Part shown: in pieces, positions 46,704 to 57,727 of the stretch
Numbering within the stretch: the stretch's first letter is position 1
Layout: each line of letters opens with the position of its first letter
Source: an uncultured Acidobacteriota bacterium
GTDB taxonomy: Bacteria > Acidobacteriota > Terriglobia > UBA7540
Assembly: GCA_963804995.1 (NCBI GenBank)
Contig: CAWDSK010000005.1
Coordinates: 320,001-384,000 of the forward strand
DNA: 64,000 nt
Direction: 5' to 3'
Translations under genes and position numbers: made by a program
The notes under the pieces: generated by a model
The model's database searches: none
What the model was told of the DNA's origin: nothing
Seen by the model: only the letters and a program-made list of their open reading frames with translations

Positions 46704-47039
46704 ATGACCGCGAGAGCCGCCGACCTGGTCCAGGGCACCCTGGACATGCTCATTCTGAAAACCCTGCAGCTCGAGCCCCGGCATGGCTACGGCATCGCCC
46801 TGCGCATCGAGCAGATCAGCAAGGGAGTGTTTCGTGTCAATCCGGGGTCGTTGTTTCCGGCCTTCCGGCGCCTGGAGCGGGAGGGATGGATCAAGCCGGG
46901 GTGGCGGCCGACGGAGAACAATCGGCGGGCCAAGTACTACCAGCTCACGGAGCGCGGCCGCAAGCAACTGAAAGCCGAGACCGAGGAGTGGGGAAGACAG
47001 CTCGCGGCTATTACAAGAATCATGGAGATTGTCGATTGA
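46704..47039 (+). CDS. PadR family transcriptional regulator (acidobacterial type)
   Basis: QGTLDMLILKTL, HGYGIA, GSLFPA, ENNRRAKYYQLT. Confidence 0.95.
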   Translation: MTARAADLVQGTLDMLILKTLQLEPRHGYGIALRIEQISKGVFRVNPGSLFPAFRRLEREGWIKPGWRPTENNRRAKYYQLTERGRKQLKAETEEWGRQLAAITRIMEIVD

Positions 47040-47153
47040 GGATGGCCGATGGTCGATTGATGATTGCCGATTGTCGATTGAACGGCCACCGCGACTCGTG
47101 CCGTTATTGAATCGACAATCGACAATCGAAAATCGGCAATGAGGTGACCCTTC

Positions 47154-49901
47154 ATGCCACTCCTGGGAAAGTTCATCGGCGGCTTGCGGGCGCTGTTCCA
47201 TAAGCAAGAAGTGGAACAGGAGATGGACGAGGAACTGCGCGGTTTTCTGGACGCCGCGGCTAAAGAGAAAATGCGCTCGGGGATGAGCCAGGAAGAAGCG
47301 CGGCGCGCCGCGCGCGTGGAGATGGGCAGCCTGGACGCGGTGAAAGAAGAAATCCGCAGCAGCGGGTGGGAAGCGACACTGGAAAAGCTCCTACAGGACC
47401 TTCGCTTCGGCTTTCGCGTTCTGCGGAAGAATCCCGGTTTTACTGCAGTGGTGGTCATCACCCTGGCCCTCGGGATCGGTGCGAACACAGCGATTTTCAC
47501 GCTGATTGACGCCCTCATGTTCAAGTCCTTACCGGTTGACACGCCCAAGCAGCTTGTCCTCTACAGTGACGGCGGCACTCGCGGTTTCGTAGGTATTGGT
47601 CAAGGTCATTACGACATCTTCTCTTATCCTCTCTACGAACACCTGCGCGACAACGGTGCACCCTTTGAAGGGGTCGCCGCATTCCGAACTGTGTTGGACC
47701 GACTTGACTTCCGTGTGCAAGGCCTAGGAGAGAACGAGCCGGCACAGTTGGCATGGGGAAGGTTGGTTTCAGGAAACTACTTCTCTGTCCTAGGCGTTCG
47801 GGCCGTGCTTGGACGAGTGCTGACTCCGGAGGATGATCGGCCCGAGGCGGCTCCCACCGCGGTCATCAGCTACTCCTATTGGACGCGCCGATTCAATAAT
47901 GACCGGTCAGTTATCGGCGGAGTGCTCAATGTGAACGGCATCTTGCTGACCCTGGCCGGTGTGACGCCGCCCGAGTTTTTCGGAGAAAGTGTTGAAAGCC
48001 CCCTGGCAGATTTTTGGCTTCCCGTGACCCTGCAGCCCCGATTGATGCCGGACCGGGGATCACTCTTGAAAGACTCTGAAGTCAACTGGCTCAATCTCGT
48101 CGCCCGGCTCAAACCAGGGGTCAACATGCAGCAGGCACAGGCCAGCGTTGATGTTGTCTTTCGCCAGTTCCTGACGGAGCGAGCAGGTCCTCGTCCTTCA
48201 GCCGAAGAGGGACGCAGGATTCATGGCTCCTACATCAAACTGAATCCCGGCGTCAGCGGAGTTTCGGAGTTACGCTTCCTCTACTCGCGCCCGCTTCACA
48301 TCCTGATGGCCGTCGTGGCGCTCGTGCTGTTGATTGCCTGCGCCAACGTTGCCAATATCCTGCTTTCTCGCGGCGCGGCCAGGCGGAGGGAAATCTCCAT
48401 GCGGCTGGCCGTGGGGGCGAGCCGAAACCGCTTGCTGCGGCAGTTGCTTACTGAGAGCGTCCTGCTGGGATTGTTGGGAGGCACTGTGGGGGTGCTCTTT
48501 TCAACCTGGGGCGTAATGGTACTTCTTAAGATGGTGGAAGGCGGAACCGGCAGCATTCCGCTTGACCTCACTCCAGACCCGAGGGTTTTAGGCTTCACTT
48601 TCGCTGTTTCCCTGTTTACAGGGATCCTTTTCGGGCTCGTCCCTGCCTACCGGGCTACACGTGTGGATCTGGCTAATTTTTTGAGGAGTGGAACGTCGGG
48701 GGCATCTCCCAGATCACAGTGGAATCTGTCAAAGTCGCTGGTGGTTTCTCAGGTGGCATTGTCGTTGCTATTGCTAGTGTGCGCAGGATTATTGCTCAGG
48801 ACGTTGCGGAACTTGGCGATGCAGAATTTTGGCTTTAACCAGGAGCACGTGCTGGAGGTAGGGATTGATCCCCGCATCGCCGGCTACAAGCAGGATCAGC
48901 TCAACCCCTTATACCAAGCGCTCCTGGCCCGGATGGATACCCTACCGGGTGTGCGAGTGGCGAGTCTGTCACTTTACAGTCCCATGAGCAGCGACAACTG
49001 GTCCGGGCAGATCTCCGTTCAGGGCTACTTCCCTCCACACAATGAAGGCGCGGACTGCCAATGGGTTTGGGTAGGGCCGAACTATGCGGAGACTGAAGGG
49101 ATGACGTTGATGTTGGGTCGTGACATCGGCCCGGGCGACGCGAAAGGCGCGCCGAAGGTCGCGGTGGTTAACGAGAGCTTCGCCCAGCATTACCTGGCCA
49201 ACCAAACCCCCATTGGCCACAGATTTTCAATGGATGTTCCCGCCAAGGCCTTCGAGATCGAAATCGTGGGCGTAGTCAAGAATTTCAAGTTCAATGACCC
49301 CCGGCAGGACTATTGGCCAGTCGCCTTCTTGCCGTTGGCGCAGGCAGAGGGTCCAGCTTCCTATGCCGCTTATTTAGAGATTCGCACGACAGCCGACTCG
49401 ACAAGCACCGCAGGGTCGGTGCGCCGCGTCATTCAAGACGTGGACAAGAACTTGCCTGTGACGAGCATCCACACTCTGAGCGAACAGGTGAAAGATCGTC
49501 TCAATAAAGAGTACTTGATTGCGAGGCTTTCAAGTTTATTCGGCATCCTTGCGCTTGTGCTGGCCTGCGTGGGGCTCTACGGCGTCCAGGCTTACGGGGT
49601 AGCTCGACGAACCAACGAAATCGGCATCCGGATGGCTCTGGGGGCTCATCGTAGGCGGGTGCTCTGGATGGTCCTTCGCGAGTCGCTGGCGCTGGTTGGT
49701 ATCGGAGTGGCGATTGGTCTGCCGATGGCTTTCGCTGCGACGCGACTTATTTCGAGCCAGCTTTACGGGGTGAATCCTACAGACCCATCAACGATGACGG
49801 CTGCGACAGTATTGCTCGCAGCCATAGCCGTCTTCGCGGGCTATATCCCCGCCCGCCGGGCGACGAAGGTCGATCCCATGGTGGCGCTGAGGTATGAGTA
49901 A
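47154..49901 (+). CDS. ADOP-type duplicated orphan ABC permease (2x MacB_PCD/FtsX)
   Basis: EMDEEL prefix, LALGIGANTAIF, LLIACANVAN, EIGIRMALGA, PARRATKVDPMVALRYE. Confidence 0.93.
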   Translation: MPLLGKFIGGLRALFHKQEVEQEMDEELRGFLDAAAKEKMRSGMSQEEARRAARVEMGSLDAVKEEIRSSGWEATLEKLLQDLRFGFRVLRKNPGFTAVVVITLALGIGANTAIFTLIDALMFKSLPVDTPKQLVLYSDGGTRGFVGIGQGHYDIFSYPLYEHLRDNGAPFEGVAAFRTVLDRLDFRVQGLGENEPAQLAWGRLVSGNYFSVLGVRAVLGRVLTPEDDRPEAAPTAVISYSYWTRRFNNDRSVIGGVLNVNGILLTLAGVTPPEFFGESVESPLADFWLPVTLQPRLMPDRGSLLKDSEVNWLNLVARLKPGVNMQQAQASVDVVFRQFLTERAGPRPSAEEGRRIHGSYIKLNPGVSGVSELRFLYSRPLHILMAVVALVLLIACANVANILLSRGAARRREISMRLAVGASRNRLLRQLLTESVLLGLLGGTVGVLFSTWGVMVLLKMVEGGTGSIPLDLTPDPRVLGFTFAVSLFTGILFGLVPAYRATRVDLANFLRSGTSGASPRSQWNLSKSLVVSQVALSLLLLVCAGLLLRTLRNLAMQNFGFNQEHVLEVGIDPRIAGYKQDQLNPLYQALLARMDTLPGVRVASLSLYSPMSSDNWSGQISVQGYFPPHNEGADCQWVWVGPNYAETEGMTLMLGRDIGPGDAKGAPKVAVVNESFAQHYLANQTPIGHRFSMDVPAKAFEIEIVGVVKNFKFNDPRQDYWPVAFLPLAQAEGPASYAAYLEIRTTADSTSTAGSVRRVIQDVDKNLPVTSIHTLSEQVKDRLNKEYLIARLSSLFGILALVLACVGLYGVQAYGVARRTNEIGIRMALGAHRRRVLWMVLRESLALVGIGVAIGLPMAFAATRLISSQLYGVNPTDPSTMTAATVLLAAIAVFAGYIPARRATKVDPMVALRYE

Positions 49902-49984
49902 CTGTCGATTGAACGGCAGCCGCGACTCGTGCCGTTTTTCAATCGGCAATCGACAATCGAAAATCGGCAATGAGGAGACCCTTC

Positions 49985-52764
49985 ATGCCACTCCTGGGAA
50001 AGTTCATCGCCGGCTTGCGCGCGCTGTTCCATAAGCAAGAAGTGGAACAGGAGATGGACGAAGAGTTGCGCGGTTTTCTGGACGACGCGGCTAAAGAGAA
50101 AATGCGCTCGGGAATGAGCCAGGCCGATGCCCGGCGCGCCGCGCGCGTGGAAATGGGCAGCCTGGACGCAGTGAAGGAAGAAATCCGCAGCAGCGGGTGG
50201 GAAGCCATCGTCGAAACATTCTGGCAAGATCTTCGCTATAGCCTCTGCCAACTCAAGCGAAATCGCGGTTTCACGGCTGCGGTGGTCCTCACCATGGCTC
50301 TCTGTATCGGCGCGAACACCGCTGTTTTCACTTTGGTCAATGCCGTGATGTTTAAACTGCTGCCGGTGCGAGATCCCCAACAACTTGTCCTGCTGTGTTG
50401 GTGGAACCCGAGCAGGTCTTTTGACATTAACAATAGCGGGTTTGGCATGTTAGATGCCCAGGGGCGTCAGGTAGGCGTGTCGTTTGCCTTTCCTCTCATC
50501 GAACAGCTCCGTGCGCAAAAGCAAGCATTCTCCAACGTGTTCGGATTCGTGCCGCTTGGATGGACCAGCGAAAGTCTTAATGTAAGCGTTGACGGCCAGG
50601 CAAGCATGGCGGACGGAGCCATGGTCACGGGCGATTATTTTTCGGGTTTGGGGGTCTTGCCGGTATTGGGCCGCATGATTACCGATACAGACCTGAAAGA
50701 AAGCGCCCCACGAGCGGCTGTAATCAGCTACAGCTATTGGACGCGACGATTCGGGCGTAATCCTTCGGCAGTTGGGAAGGCGGTCTTCATCAACTCCGTC
50801 GCATTCACGGTGGTAGGCGTTGCGCCACCTGAATTCTTTGGCGTCCAACCCGGGCACGCACCCGACATTTGGGTTCCGATGGTACAGGAGGCGGGGATTG
50901 GCCCTTGGGGGTTGGCGCCCCCCACGAGTCGCAAAATGTGGACGACGCCGGACTGGTGGTGGGTGATGGTCCTGGCGCGTCTCCAGCCCGGAGTCACCGA
51001 ACAGCAAGCGCTCAGTGCAGCTCAGGTGCCGTTTCTCCAAAGTGCCGCGTCCGTCGCGAAGACGCCTTTCAAACCCAACGAAGCGCCCCAGGTTGAATTC
51101 CTACCCGTAAGTCGGGGCCTTGATACGTTACGCTGGGAGTACTCCAAGCCCCTGCTGGTCCTGATGACCGTCGTCAGCCTTGTTCTCCTGATTGCGTGCG
51201 CGAACATCGCCACGCTGCTGCTCGCCCGCGCGGCGGCCCGCCACCGGGAGATTGGAGTTCGACTAACCCTTGGCGCCTCACGCTTCCGGCTAATTCGACA
51301 ACTCCTCACGGAGAGCCTCCTGCTTTCAGTGATCGGAGGCGCGGCAGGATTCCTTCTTGCCTACTGGGGGAGTCGTGCGCTTCTGCTCATGATGTCGGGG
51401 GGCACGCTGACGGCAGGGGCTCGAAGATACGCCCGGACCTGGCGGTGCTCGGCTTCTCGGCGGGGGTCTCAGTATTCACGGGAATTCTGTTCGGTCTTGC
51501 ACCGGCCATGCGCGCCACCCGGATTGATGTGGCGTCCAGCTTGAAAGAAACTGCCGGCGCCATTGCGGGGGTAGGAAGTCGTCTGCGGGGAGGAAAGGCA
51601 CTGGTGGTTCTTCAGGTGGGGCTCAGCCTCTTACTCCTCGTCGGGGCCGGGTTGTTTGTGCGAACCCTCACCAACCTGGAAAATCAGGATCTCGGCTTCA
51701 ATCCCCAAAACCTGCTCGTCTTCACTCTCGATCCCACAAAAAGCGGCTATGAGGGCCAACGAGCGGTGGATCTCTTTGCCAATGTGCGTGACCGTTTACG
51801 GTACCTGCCGGGAGTCCAAGCGGTCACACTTTCTGAATCGGGCCTCCTTACCGGTTGGGGGAGTGACTGGCCAATCTCCCCTGAGGGCTACCAGCCTAAG
51901 CCGGGTCAGGGAAGAAACATCGAAGCCCAATACGTCGGTGCGGATTTCTGCCGGACGATGGATGTCAAGCTCGTGCTAGGCCGGAGCATCGATGATCGCG
52001 ACACCGCGAACTCTCCAAAGGTTGCCCTCGTAAACGAAAACCTTGCGCACTTCTATTTTGGCGACTCGAATCCTGTCGGCAGACGTTTCAGCGAGGGTGA
52101 AACTTATGATCCGAAGAAGGCCATGGAGATTGTCGGTGTGGTTCGGAATTTCAAGTACCGGAGCCTTAGAAGCACTGATTCCCGGACCGCGTATCTTCCC
52201 TACACGCAGCAGGAGGGAGGGGCGGGCGCCATGCATTTTGAAGTTCGCAGCGTGGGGGATCCCCTGGCCTTAACCTCCGCGGTGCGAGGCGCCATCCGCG
52301 GAATCGATTCAAGTTTGGCGTTGGCCGATGTGAAGACGCAAACTCAAATGATGGCGGAAGCTTTAACGCAGGAGCGGCTGCTCGCGAAACTCTGCTCCTT
52401 CTTCGGCGTTCTCGCCCTGGCCCTGGCGACCATTGGCCTCTATGGATTGACGGCCTATTCCGTGGCGCGAAGAACTCATGAAATCGGTATTCGCATGGCT
52501 TTGGGCGCGCACCGGAGACAAATACTCCTGATGGTCTTGCGGCAGTCGGTGGTGCTGGTGGCCGCGGGCACGGTGGTCGGCCTGCTTGCAGCCGTGGCCT
52601 CGACGCGGCTGATCCGGAGTGAACTCTACGGGCTGAAGCCCACCGATCCGCTCACTCTGGCCTTGGCAGCCCTGTTCATGCTTGCCGTGGGAGCCGTCGC
52701 TGCCTACCTTCCCGCCCGCCGGGCGACGAAAGTCGATCCCATGGTGGCGTTGCGGTACGAATGA
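49985..52764 (+). CDS. ADOP-type permease, second copy, frameshift at ~51420
   Basis: Same motifs, split between ORFs 49970-51544 and 51196-52764. Confidence 0.9.
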
Positions 52765-52882
52765 TTGGCCGCAGAGTGCGGACGCGCAGCGTCTTGGACT
52801 GCGGTAGCAGCAGCTACCGCCTTTCCAATTCTCGATCTCATATCCTTCCCGCACGGGTCCCCGCTGCCAAGGCGGTAACTGC

Positions 52883-53028
52883 GTAGCGCGGACCTCCGCC
52901 GTTGAGGTCCGCGGTTCTTTGTGCGCCCATTGAGCGAATGTATCGTGGAGAAGCCGCCGCCTGGGTTTAGGCTTTGTAGATTTTTCAGATGAAGAGCCGC
53001 GGACCCCAAAACCGGGGGACCGCGCTAC
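52883..53028. repeat. REPIN-like copy 5, embedded among other REP-like hairpins (52795-53098)
   Basis: Near-identical to 45484-45629. Flanked by TGGACTGCGGTAGCAGCAGCTACCGC and CAGGTCCGACCTAC motifs. Confidence 0.9.
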
Positions 53029-53200
53029 GAAACAGGTCCGCGGTTTGTTCCCCATCGATAGCAAAAACCCACGAACCTGAAGGACAGGTCCGACCTACTC
53101 GCCGCGTGGGATTCTTGTTGCGTTCTTACTATCCTATGCTAGCTTTCGGTGTTGCTTTCCACTCAGCCGGCTGATGGCCCGTGTGAACAAGGGAGGAGCA

Positions 53201-55123
53201 ATGAGAAGAAAGACCACGCCTAAAAGAAAGGCTGCGGCCGAGACCGCTGACCGCACCCTGGGAATGAATGCGCGAATCTGCCGCCGCGATTTTCTGAACT
53301 CTACCCTACTGGCCTCCGGAAGTGTGTTGCTGAAGTCGCTGACTCCCCGAGAGCTTCTGGCGCAGCAGCCGGGCTGGGGAGGGTATACGGGAGAAGGCGA
53401 TTACGCGGGCGCCAACGGACAAACGGAAGAAGTGATGCTGGCCGCGCATGCCGTGCGCGATGGGGTGTTTGACTCTCCCCCGACAACCGTGGCCGACACG
53501 GGCGAGGTCTTCGACTTGGTGATCGTGGGGGGAGGGATCAGCGGTCTGGCTTGCGCGCTGTTCTTTAAAGACCAGGCCTCGTCCCAGCAGACGTGTCTGG
53601 TGCTCGAAAACCATCCCATCTTCGGGGGCCAGGCGCGGCGCAACGAATTTGTTGTGGATGGTCACCGGCTGATGGCGCCGCAAGGCTCGAACATGTGCGG
53701 GGGCCCGGGACCCGGGCTGGTGGGAGAATTGTACACGCGCATTGGTGCGTTTACCGATGAGTTCAAATACCAGGAGTGGGGCGGACCTCCTCCGGCGATG
53801 CCCTTGGGCCGGACCAGTTATGACCACTTCCGGAAGTTTCCTTCGGTCCCGAGTTTCGGCTTCTGGTTTGGGCCGAAGTTTGGCCAGAATCCGGGAAAGT
53901 GGGTCGTTGATCCCTGGAATAATCTGGATCAACTTCCGTTGTCGCAGGAATTGCGGTCCGATTTCGCCAAATTTCTGAAGCTGGTCAACGAGTGGAACCA
54001 ATCAACCCACCACGCAACGGAAGAGGAGTTGCGCCGCTTCGATAACGCCACGATTGAGTCGATCGCGACCGAGCGCTACGGCCTGAGCCGCGAGTTTTGC
54101 CGCCTCTTTATGGGTTCCAATATCGCGGCCGGCTATGGGGTTGGACCCGATACCCTGACGGGTTACTGGTACCCGCTGATATTTGGCCTTGGCCCCGACA
54201 CCACGCCGGGGCGTAGTTTCCCCGGCGGCAACACGGGTGTGGCGCGGCATATCGTGAAGACCCTCATCCCGGATGTGATCCCCGGCCCGCGTACCCTCGA
54301 GGCGGTTTGCCGGAATCGCATCAACTTTGCCACCTTGGATCGCCCGGCCAATCAGGTGCGCATCCGCCTGCACTCGACGGTCGTGCGGGTGGAGCATGAA
54401 GGGGAGTCGGAGAAAGCTTCCTACGTCCGCGTGACGTACGCGCGCGACGGCAAGATCTACCGTCTGAAGGCCCGCACGGTGATTATGGCGGGAGGCGGCT
54501 GGATCACCAAGCATGTGGTGCGGGACCTGCCGGCTACGCATCGCGAGGCTTATGACCAATTTAATTATAATGCGACCTTGGTGGCTAACGTGGCCGTGCG
54601 CAACTGGCGCTTTCTCCACAAACTGGGCCTTTCCGGCGGACGCTGGTTTGATGGCTTCGGCTATTGGACGGAAGTGCGAGCCATCGCCACGATTGGCGGC
54701 GAATCGCCCACCATCGGACCGGACTCTCCCACTGTCCTCTCCCTCATCGTGCCGTTTTTTTATCCGGGCTTGCCACTGGCCGAACAGTGCAGCAAAGGTC
54801 GCGCGGAGTTGCTATCCACGTCGTTTCGCGATTTCGAGCGGAAGATCCGCGAGCAGTTTACCGATATGTTCGCGAGTTCCGGATTTGACGCGCGGCGGGA
54901 CATTACCGGAATCATCTTGAACCGTTGGGGGCATCATTATGTTGTGGCCCAACCCGGATTTACCTGGGGAGAAGACGGCAAACCCGCGCCGCGTGAAATC
55001 CTGCGCCGCGCCCCGTTCGGCAGGATTGCATTTGCCAACACGGACCTGGCAGCAGTCTCGGGTCACGTACAGGCGATAGGGGAGTCGCATCGTGCCACGA
55101 TGCAGATCCTGGCCCTCTTGTAG
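53201..55123 (+). CDS. Tat-exported FAD-dependent oxidoreductase (SpdH-like), paralogue 2
   Basis: Colinear and highly similar to 43541-45487. GGAGG RBS. Confidence 0.8.
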   Translation: MRRKTTPKRKAAAETADRTLGMNARICRRDFLNSTLLASGSVLLKSLTPRELLAQQPGWGGYTGEGDYAGANGQTEEVMLAAHAVRDGVFDSPPTTVADTGEVFDLVIVGGGISGLACALFFKDQASSQQTCLVLENHPIFGGQARRNEFVVDGHRLMAPQGSNMCGGPGPGLVGELYTRIGAFTDEFKYQEWGGPPPAMPLGRTSYDHFRKFPSVPSFGFWFGPKFGQNPGKWVVDPWNNLDQLPLSQELRSDFAKFLKLVNEWNQSTHHATEEELRRFDNATIESIATERYGLSREFCRLFMGSNIAAGYGVGPDTLTGYWYPLIFGLGPDTTPGRSFPGGNTGVARHIVKTLIPDVIPGPRTLEAVCRNRINFATLDRPANQVRIRLHSTVVRVEHEGESEKASYVRVTYARDGKIYRLKARTVIMAGGGWITKHVVRDLPATHREAYDQFNYNATLVANVAVRNWRFLHKLGLSGGRWFDGFGYWTEVRAIATIGGESPTIGPDSPTVLSLIVPFFYPGLPLAEQCSKGRAELLSTSFRDFERKIREQFTDMFASSGFDARRDITGIILNRWGHHYVVAQPGFTWGEDGKPAPREILRRAPFGRIAFANTDLAAVSGHVQAIGESHRATMQILALL

Positions 55124-55241
55124 CCGGCACATTCCTGGGCTTGGGCTTTTGCCCCTCTTAGCGTATGCTTGCCCGCCAGGTCAGTGGACCGGCAGGCGTA
55201 AAGCCTCAGCGATATAATAAAAGGAGGTTGAGCCCAACCTT

Positions 55242-56273
55242 ATGGGAAGCCTTCATCGCCGGACGTTCCTTGGCATCTTGGGGGCGAGCGTGCTTGATGC
55301 CGCACTTCCCGCCCTTGCCCAACCTCTGTCCCCCCAGCCTACCGCGAAACCTCTGCGCGGCATCTTTGCAATCGCCCAAACGCCCTTCACCAATTCCAAT
55401 CAACTCGACCTCAACGTGCTGGCTCGCGAGGTGGAGTTCATTGACCGGGGAGGCGTTCACGGTTTTGTATGGCCTCAGTTGGCAAGCGAGTATTCAACTC
55501 TCAGTAAGTCCGAGAGATTGGCAGGGGCGGAGGCGATAGTAGCGACAGGCAAACGGCTGCGGCCGGCGATGGTGATCGGGGTGCAAGCGCCGGAAGTTCG
55601 AACCGCGGTGGAGTATGCGCGGCACGCTGAGAAACTCGGCGCGGACGCGATCATTTCGCTTCCTCCTGACCATGCGGACAATGACGATGCGTTGCTCGCA
55701 TACTACAAAGAAGTGGGTGCAGCGACCGGACTTCCCCTGTTCGCGCAAACCATCGGCGACATGAGTGTGGCGCTCATCGTCCGCATGTTCAAGGAAGTCC
55801 CCACCCTGCGTTACGTCAAGGATGAAGCAGGGGGATCTCCGCTGGGGCGCATCGGCCCGCTGCGCGAGCAAACGTCAGACCAGCTCAAGGTGTTCACGGG
55901 CAATCACGGCCGAACCCTGATCGACGAGATGCAACGGGGCTCCTCAGGGAGCATGCCCGCCGCATCCCTTGCCGACATCTATGCAGGAGTGTGGGACGCC
56001 TGGCATTCCGGCCGGCGCCAGGAAGCCTTAGAACTCTTCCAAAAGGCAATGCTCTTTATCCCGGAGGTAGAGGCTTACGGCGTCGCGTCGTTGAAGTACC
56101 TGCTTTATTTGCGCGGAATCTTCACAACTTATGTGGCGCGTGAGAAGGATAGTAGCGCTCCGCTCGACGATTCCGCTAAGAAGACCCTGCGTGACCTGGC
56201 GAGGTTCGCCAACCCGTACTTCAAGTGTTGCGCCGTCGCCTCAGAACGGAACAAGGAAGGTTTACATGATTGA
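55242..56273 (+). CDS. Tat-exported DHDPS/class I aldolase family protein
   Basis: HRRTFL signal, QTPF, QLASEY, AEKLGADA, YVKDE catalytic Lys. Confidence 0.85.
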   Translation: MGSLHRRTFLGILGASVLDAALPALAQPLSPQPTAKPLRGIFAIAQTPFTNSNQLDLNVLAREVEFIDRGGVHGFVWPQLASEYSTLSKSERLAGAEAIVATGKRLRPAMVIGVQAPEVRTAVEYARHAEKLGADAIISLPPDHADNDDALLAYYKEVGAATGLPLFAQTIGDMSVALIVRMFKEVPTLRYVKDEAGGSPLGRIGPLREQTSDQLKVFTGNHGRTLIDEMQRGSSGSMPAASLADIYAGVWDAWHSGRRQEALELFQKAMLFIPEVEAYGVASLKYLLYLRGIFTTYVAREKDSSAPLDDSAKKTLRDLARFANPYFKCCAVASERNKEGLHD

Positions 56274-57447
56274 ATCAAATGTTTCACGCCGCGCCTTCCT
56301 GGGGGGTACCGCGCTGGCTTCCGTCCTCTCCGCCGCAGCGGGAATCAAGCCCGCCGATCTCCCCAACCTGACCATTAAGGAAGTTAGAGCGCATATCACG
56401 GGTGCAGACGGCGACGGCTTGGCGTGCGTTGTGACCGAGAGCGGGATCGAAGGGAATTACACCCTCAGCCGCCGCTACTGGCATCCGGACTGGAATAACG
56501 AGGGGTGGGTTGAATACGCCAAGCGCGTGCTGGTGGGGAAAAGCGCCCTCGACCGTGGCAGCCTGACCTCCCAGTGGGACCCGGTCGCACGCCGCCGGGG
56601 GCAAAGTTCCTACGCCGCGGCCATTGACAATTGCCTGTGGGACATTGCCGGCAAGGCGGTGGGCCTCCCGGTTTATCAGATTCTCGGCGCCTACCGCCAC
56701 CGAGTGCTTGCCTACGCCAGCTCTCAGCACTTGAAAACGGTGGACGAGTTTGTGGAATCGGTTCAGAAATGCAAGGCGGAGGGCTTCAAGGCCTACAAGA
56801 TACACCCTCCGGAATTGCCTCCCAACGGGGGCAGCGATTACAAGCTGGACATGGAGGTATGTAAGGCTGTGCGCCAGGCCGCGGGAGACGCCTACATCCT
56901 CTTGATGGATCCGGTGGGAAACTATAGCCGGCGCGAGGCCCTGGCCGTCGGGCGCTTGCTCGACGAATTGCATTTCGTTGCCTTCGAAGACCCCCTGCCC
57001 ACCAAGGATATTGAAGGGCTGGCAGAACTGGCGCGCGCCTTGGATGTGCCGCTGCACATCGGCGAGTTCATTTTTTCCATTTACGACTATGCCGAATATA
57101 TCCGCCGGGGGGCGGTTGACGTTGTCCGGTTTCTGGTTGATAACGTGGGGGGCATTACCGGTGGTATGAAGATCGCGCACCTGGCGGAATGTTTTGGCAT
57201 GGAATGCGCGCCTCACAATTGGGGCGATACTCTGGAGCAGGCCGTGCACTTCCACTGCGAACTCGCCATGCCCAACAACCTCTTTTACGAAATGACTGTC
57301 CCGCAGGGTATTTTCGATCCCCCATATATCAAAGACCCTGTCCGCGTCTCTCCGGACGGTTACGTTTACGCCCCCACCAAGGCCGGACTAGGGTACGAGA
57401 TCGACCGCAACGCGCTCGATAAGATGACCCAGCGCGTCGAAAGGTGA
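56266..57447 (+). CDS. Tat-exported mandelate racemase/muconate lactonising enzyme family protein
   Basis: SRRAFL signal, AIDNCLWDIAGK, KAYKIH, LMD, FEDP, GE, GGITG, PH. Confidence 0.88.
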   Translation: MIESNVSRRAFLGGTALASVLSAAAGIKPADLPNLTIKEVRAHITGADGDGLACVVTESGIEGNYTLSRRYWHPDWNNEGWVEYAKRVLVGKSALDRGSLTSQWDPVARRRGQSSYAAAIDNCLWDIAGKAVGLPVYQILGAYRHRVLAYASSQHLKTVDEFVESVQKCKAEGFKAYKIHPPELPPNGGSDYKLDMEVCKAVRQAAGDAYILLMDPVGNYSRREALAVGRLLDELHFVAFEDPLPTKDIEGLAELARALDVPLHIGEFIFSIYDYAEYIRRGAVDVVRFLVDNVGGITGGMKIAHLAECFGMECAPHNWGDTLEQAVHFHCELAMPNNLFYEMTVPQGIFDPPYIKDPVRVSPDGYVYAPTKAGLGYEIDRNALDKMTQRVER

Positions 57448-57547
57448 CGGAAATGGAAGATAGCGCACCTGCCAGCCCGCCTGTAGCCGCGCCCTCCAGG
57501 GCTTGGTTTTTGGCTCTCCAGCAAGTGTCGCGCCCCGATGCATCGGG

Positions 57548-57668
57548 GCGGTTCTTCCTGTGCCATTTGAGCGAAGGTGTCGTGGCGAAGGAGCCGCCGC
57601 CCGGGTTTGAGATTTGTGGATTTTTCAGATGAAGAGCCGCGGACCCCAAAGACGGGAGACCACGCTAC
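57548..57668. repeat. REPIN-like copy 6 (one hairpin lost)
   Basis: GCGGTTCTT..TTTGTGGATTTTTCAGATGAAGAGCCGCGGACCCC..ACCACGCTAC. Confidence 0.85.
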
Positions 57669-57727
57669 GAAACAGATCTACGCTTCTTCGTGCACCGTGG
57701 GAGCAAGCGTAGCGCAGGCCTTCGACA

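Noticed and set aside
44510..57649. Recurring ORF starts MGSAALHLKNPQ... (44510-45610, 52704-53009, 57329-57649)
   Set aside because: They are translations of the REP-doublet repeat running antisense to real genes.
32644..57668. Recurring repeats as a CRISPR array or integron attC sites
   Set aside because: Copies are ~150 bp, kilobases apart and in both orientations. There are no unique spacers, cas genes or integron integrase, and the GTAG hairpin ends fit REPs.
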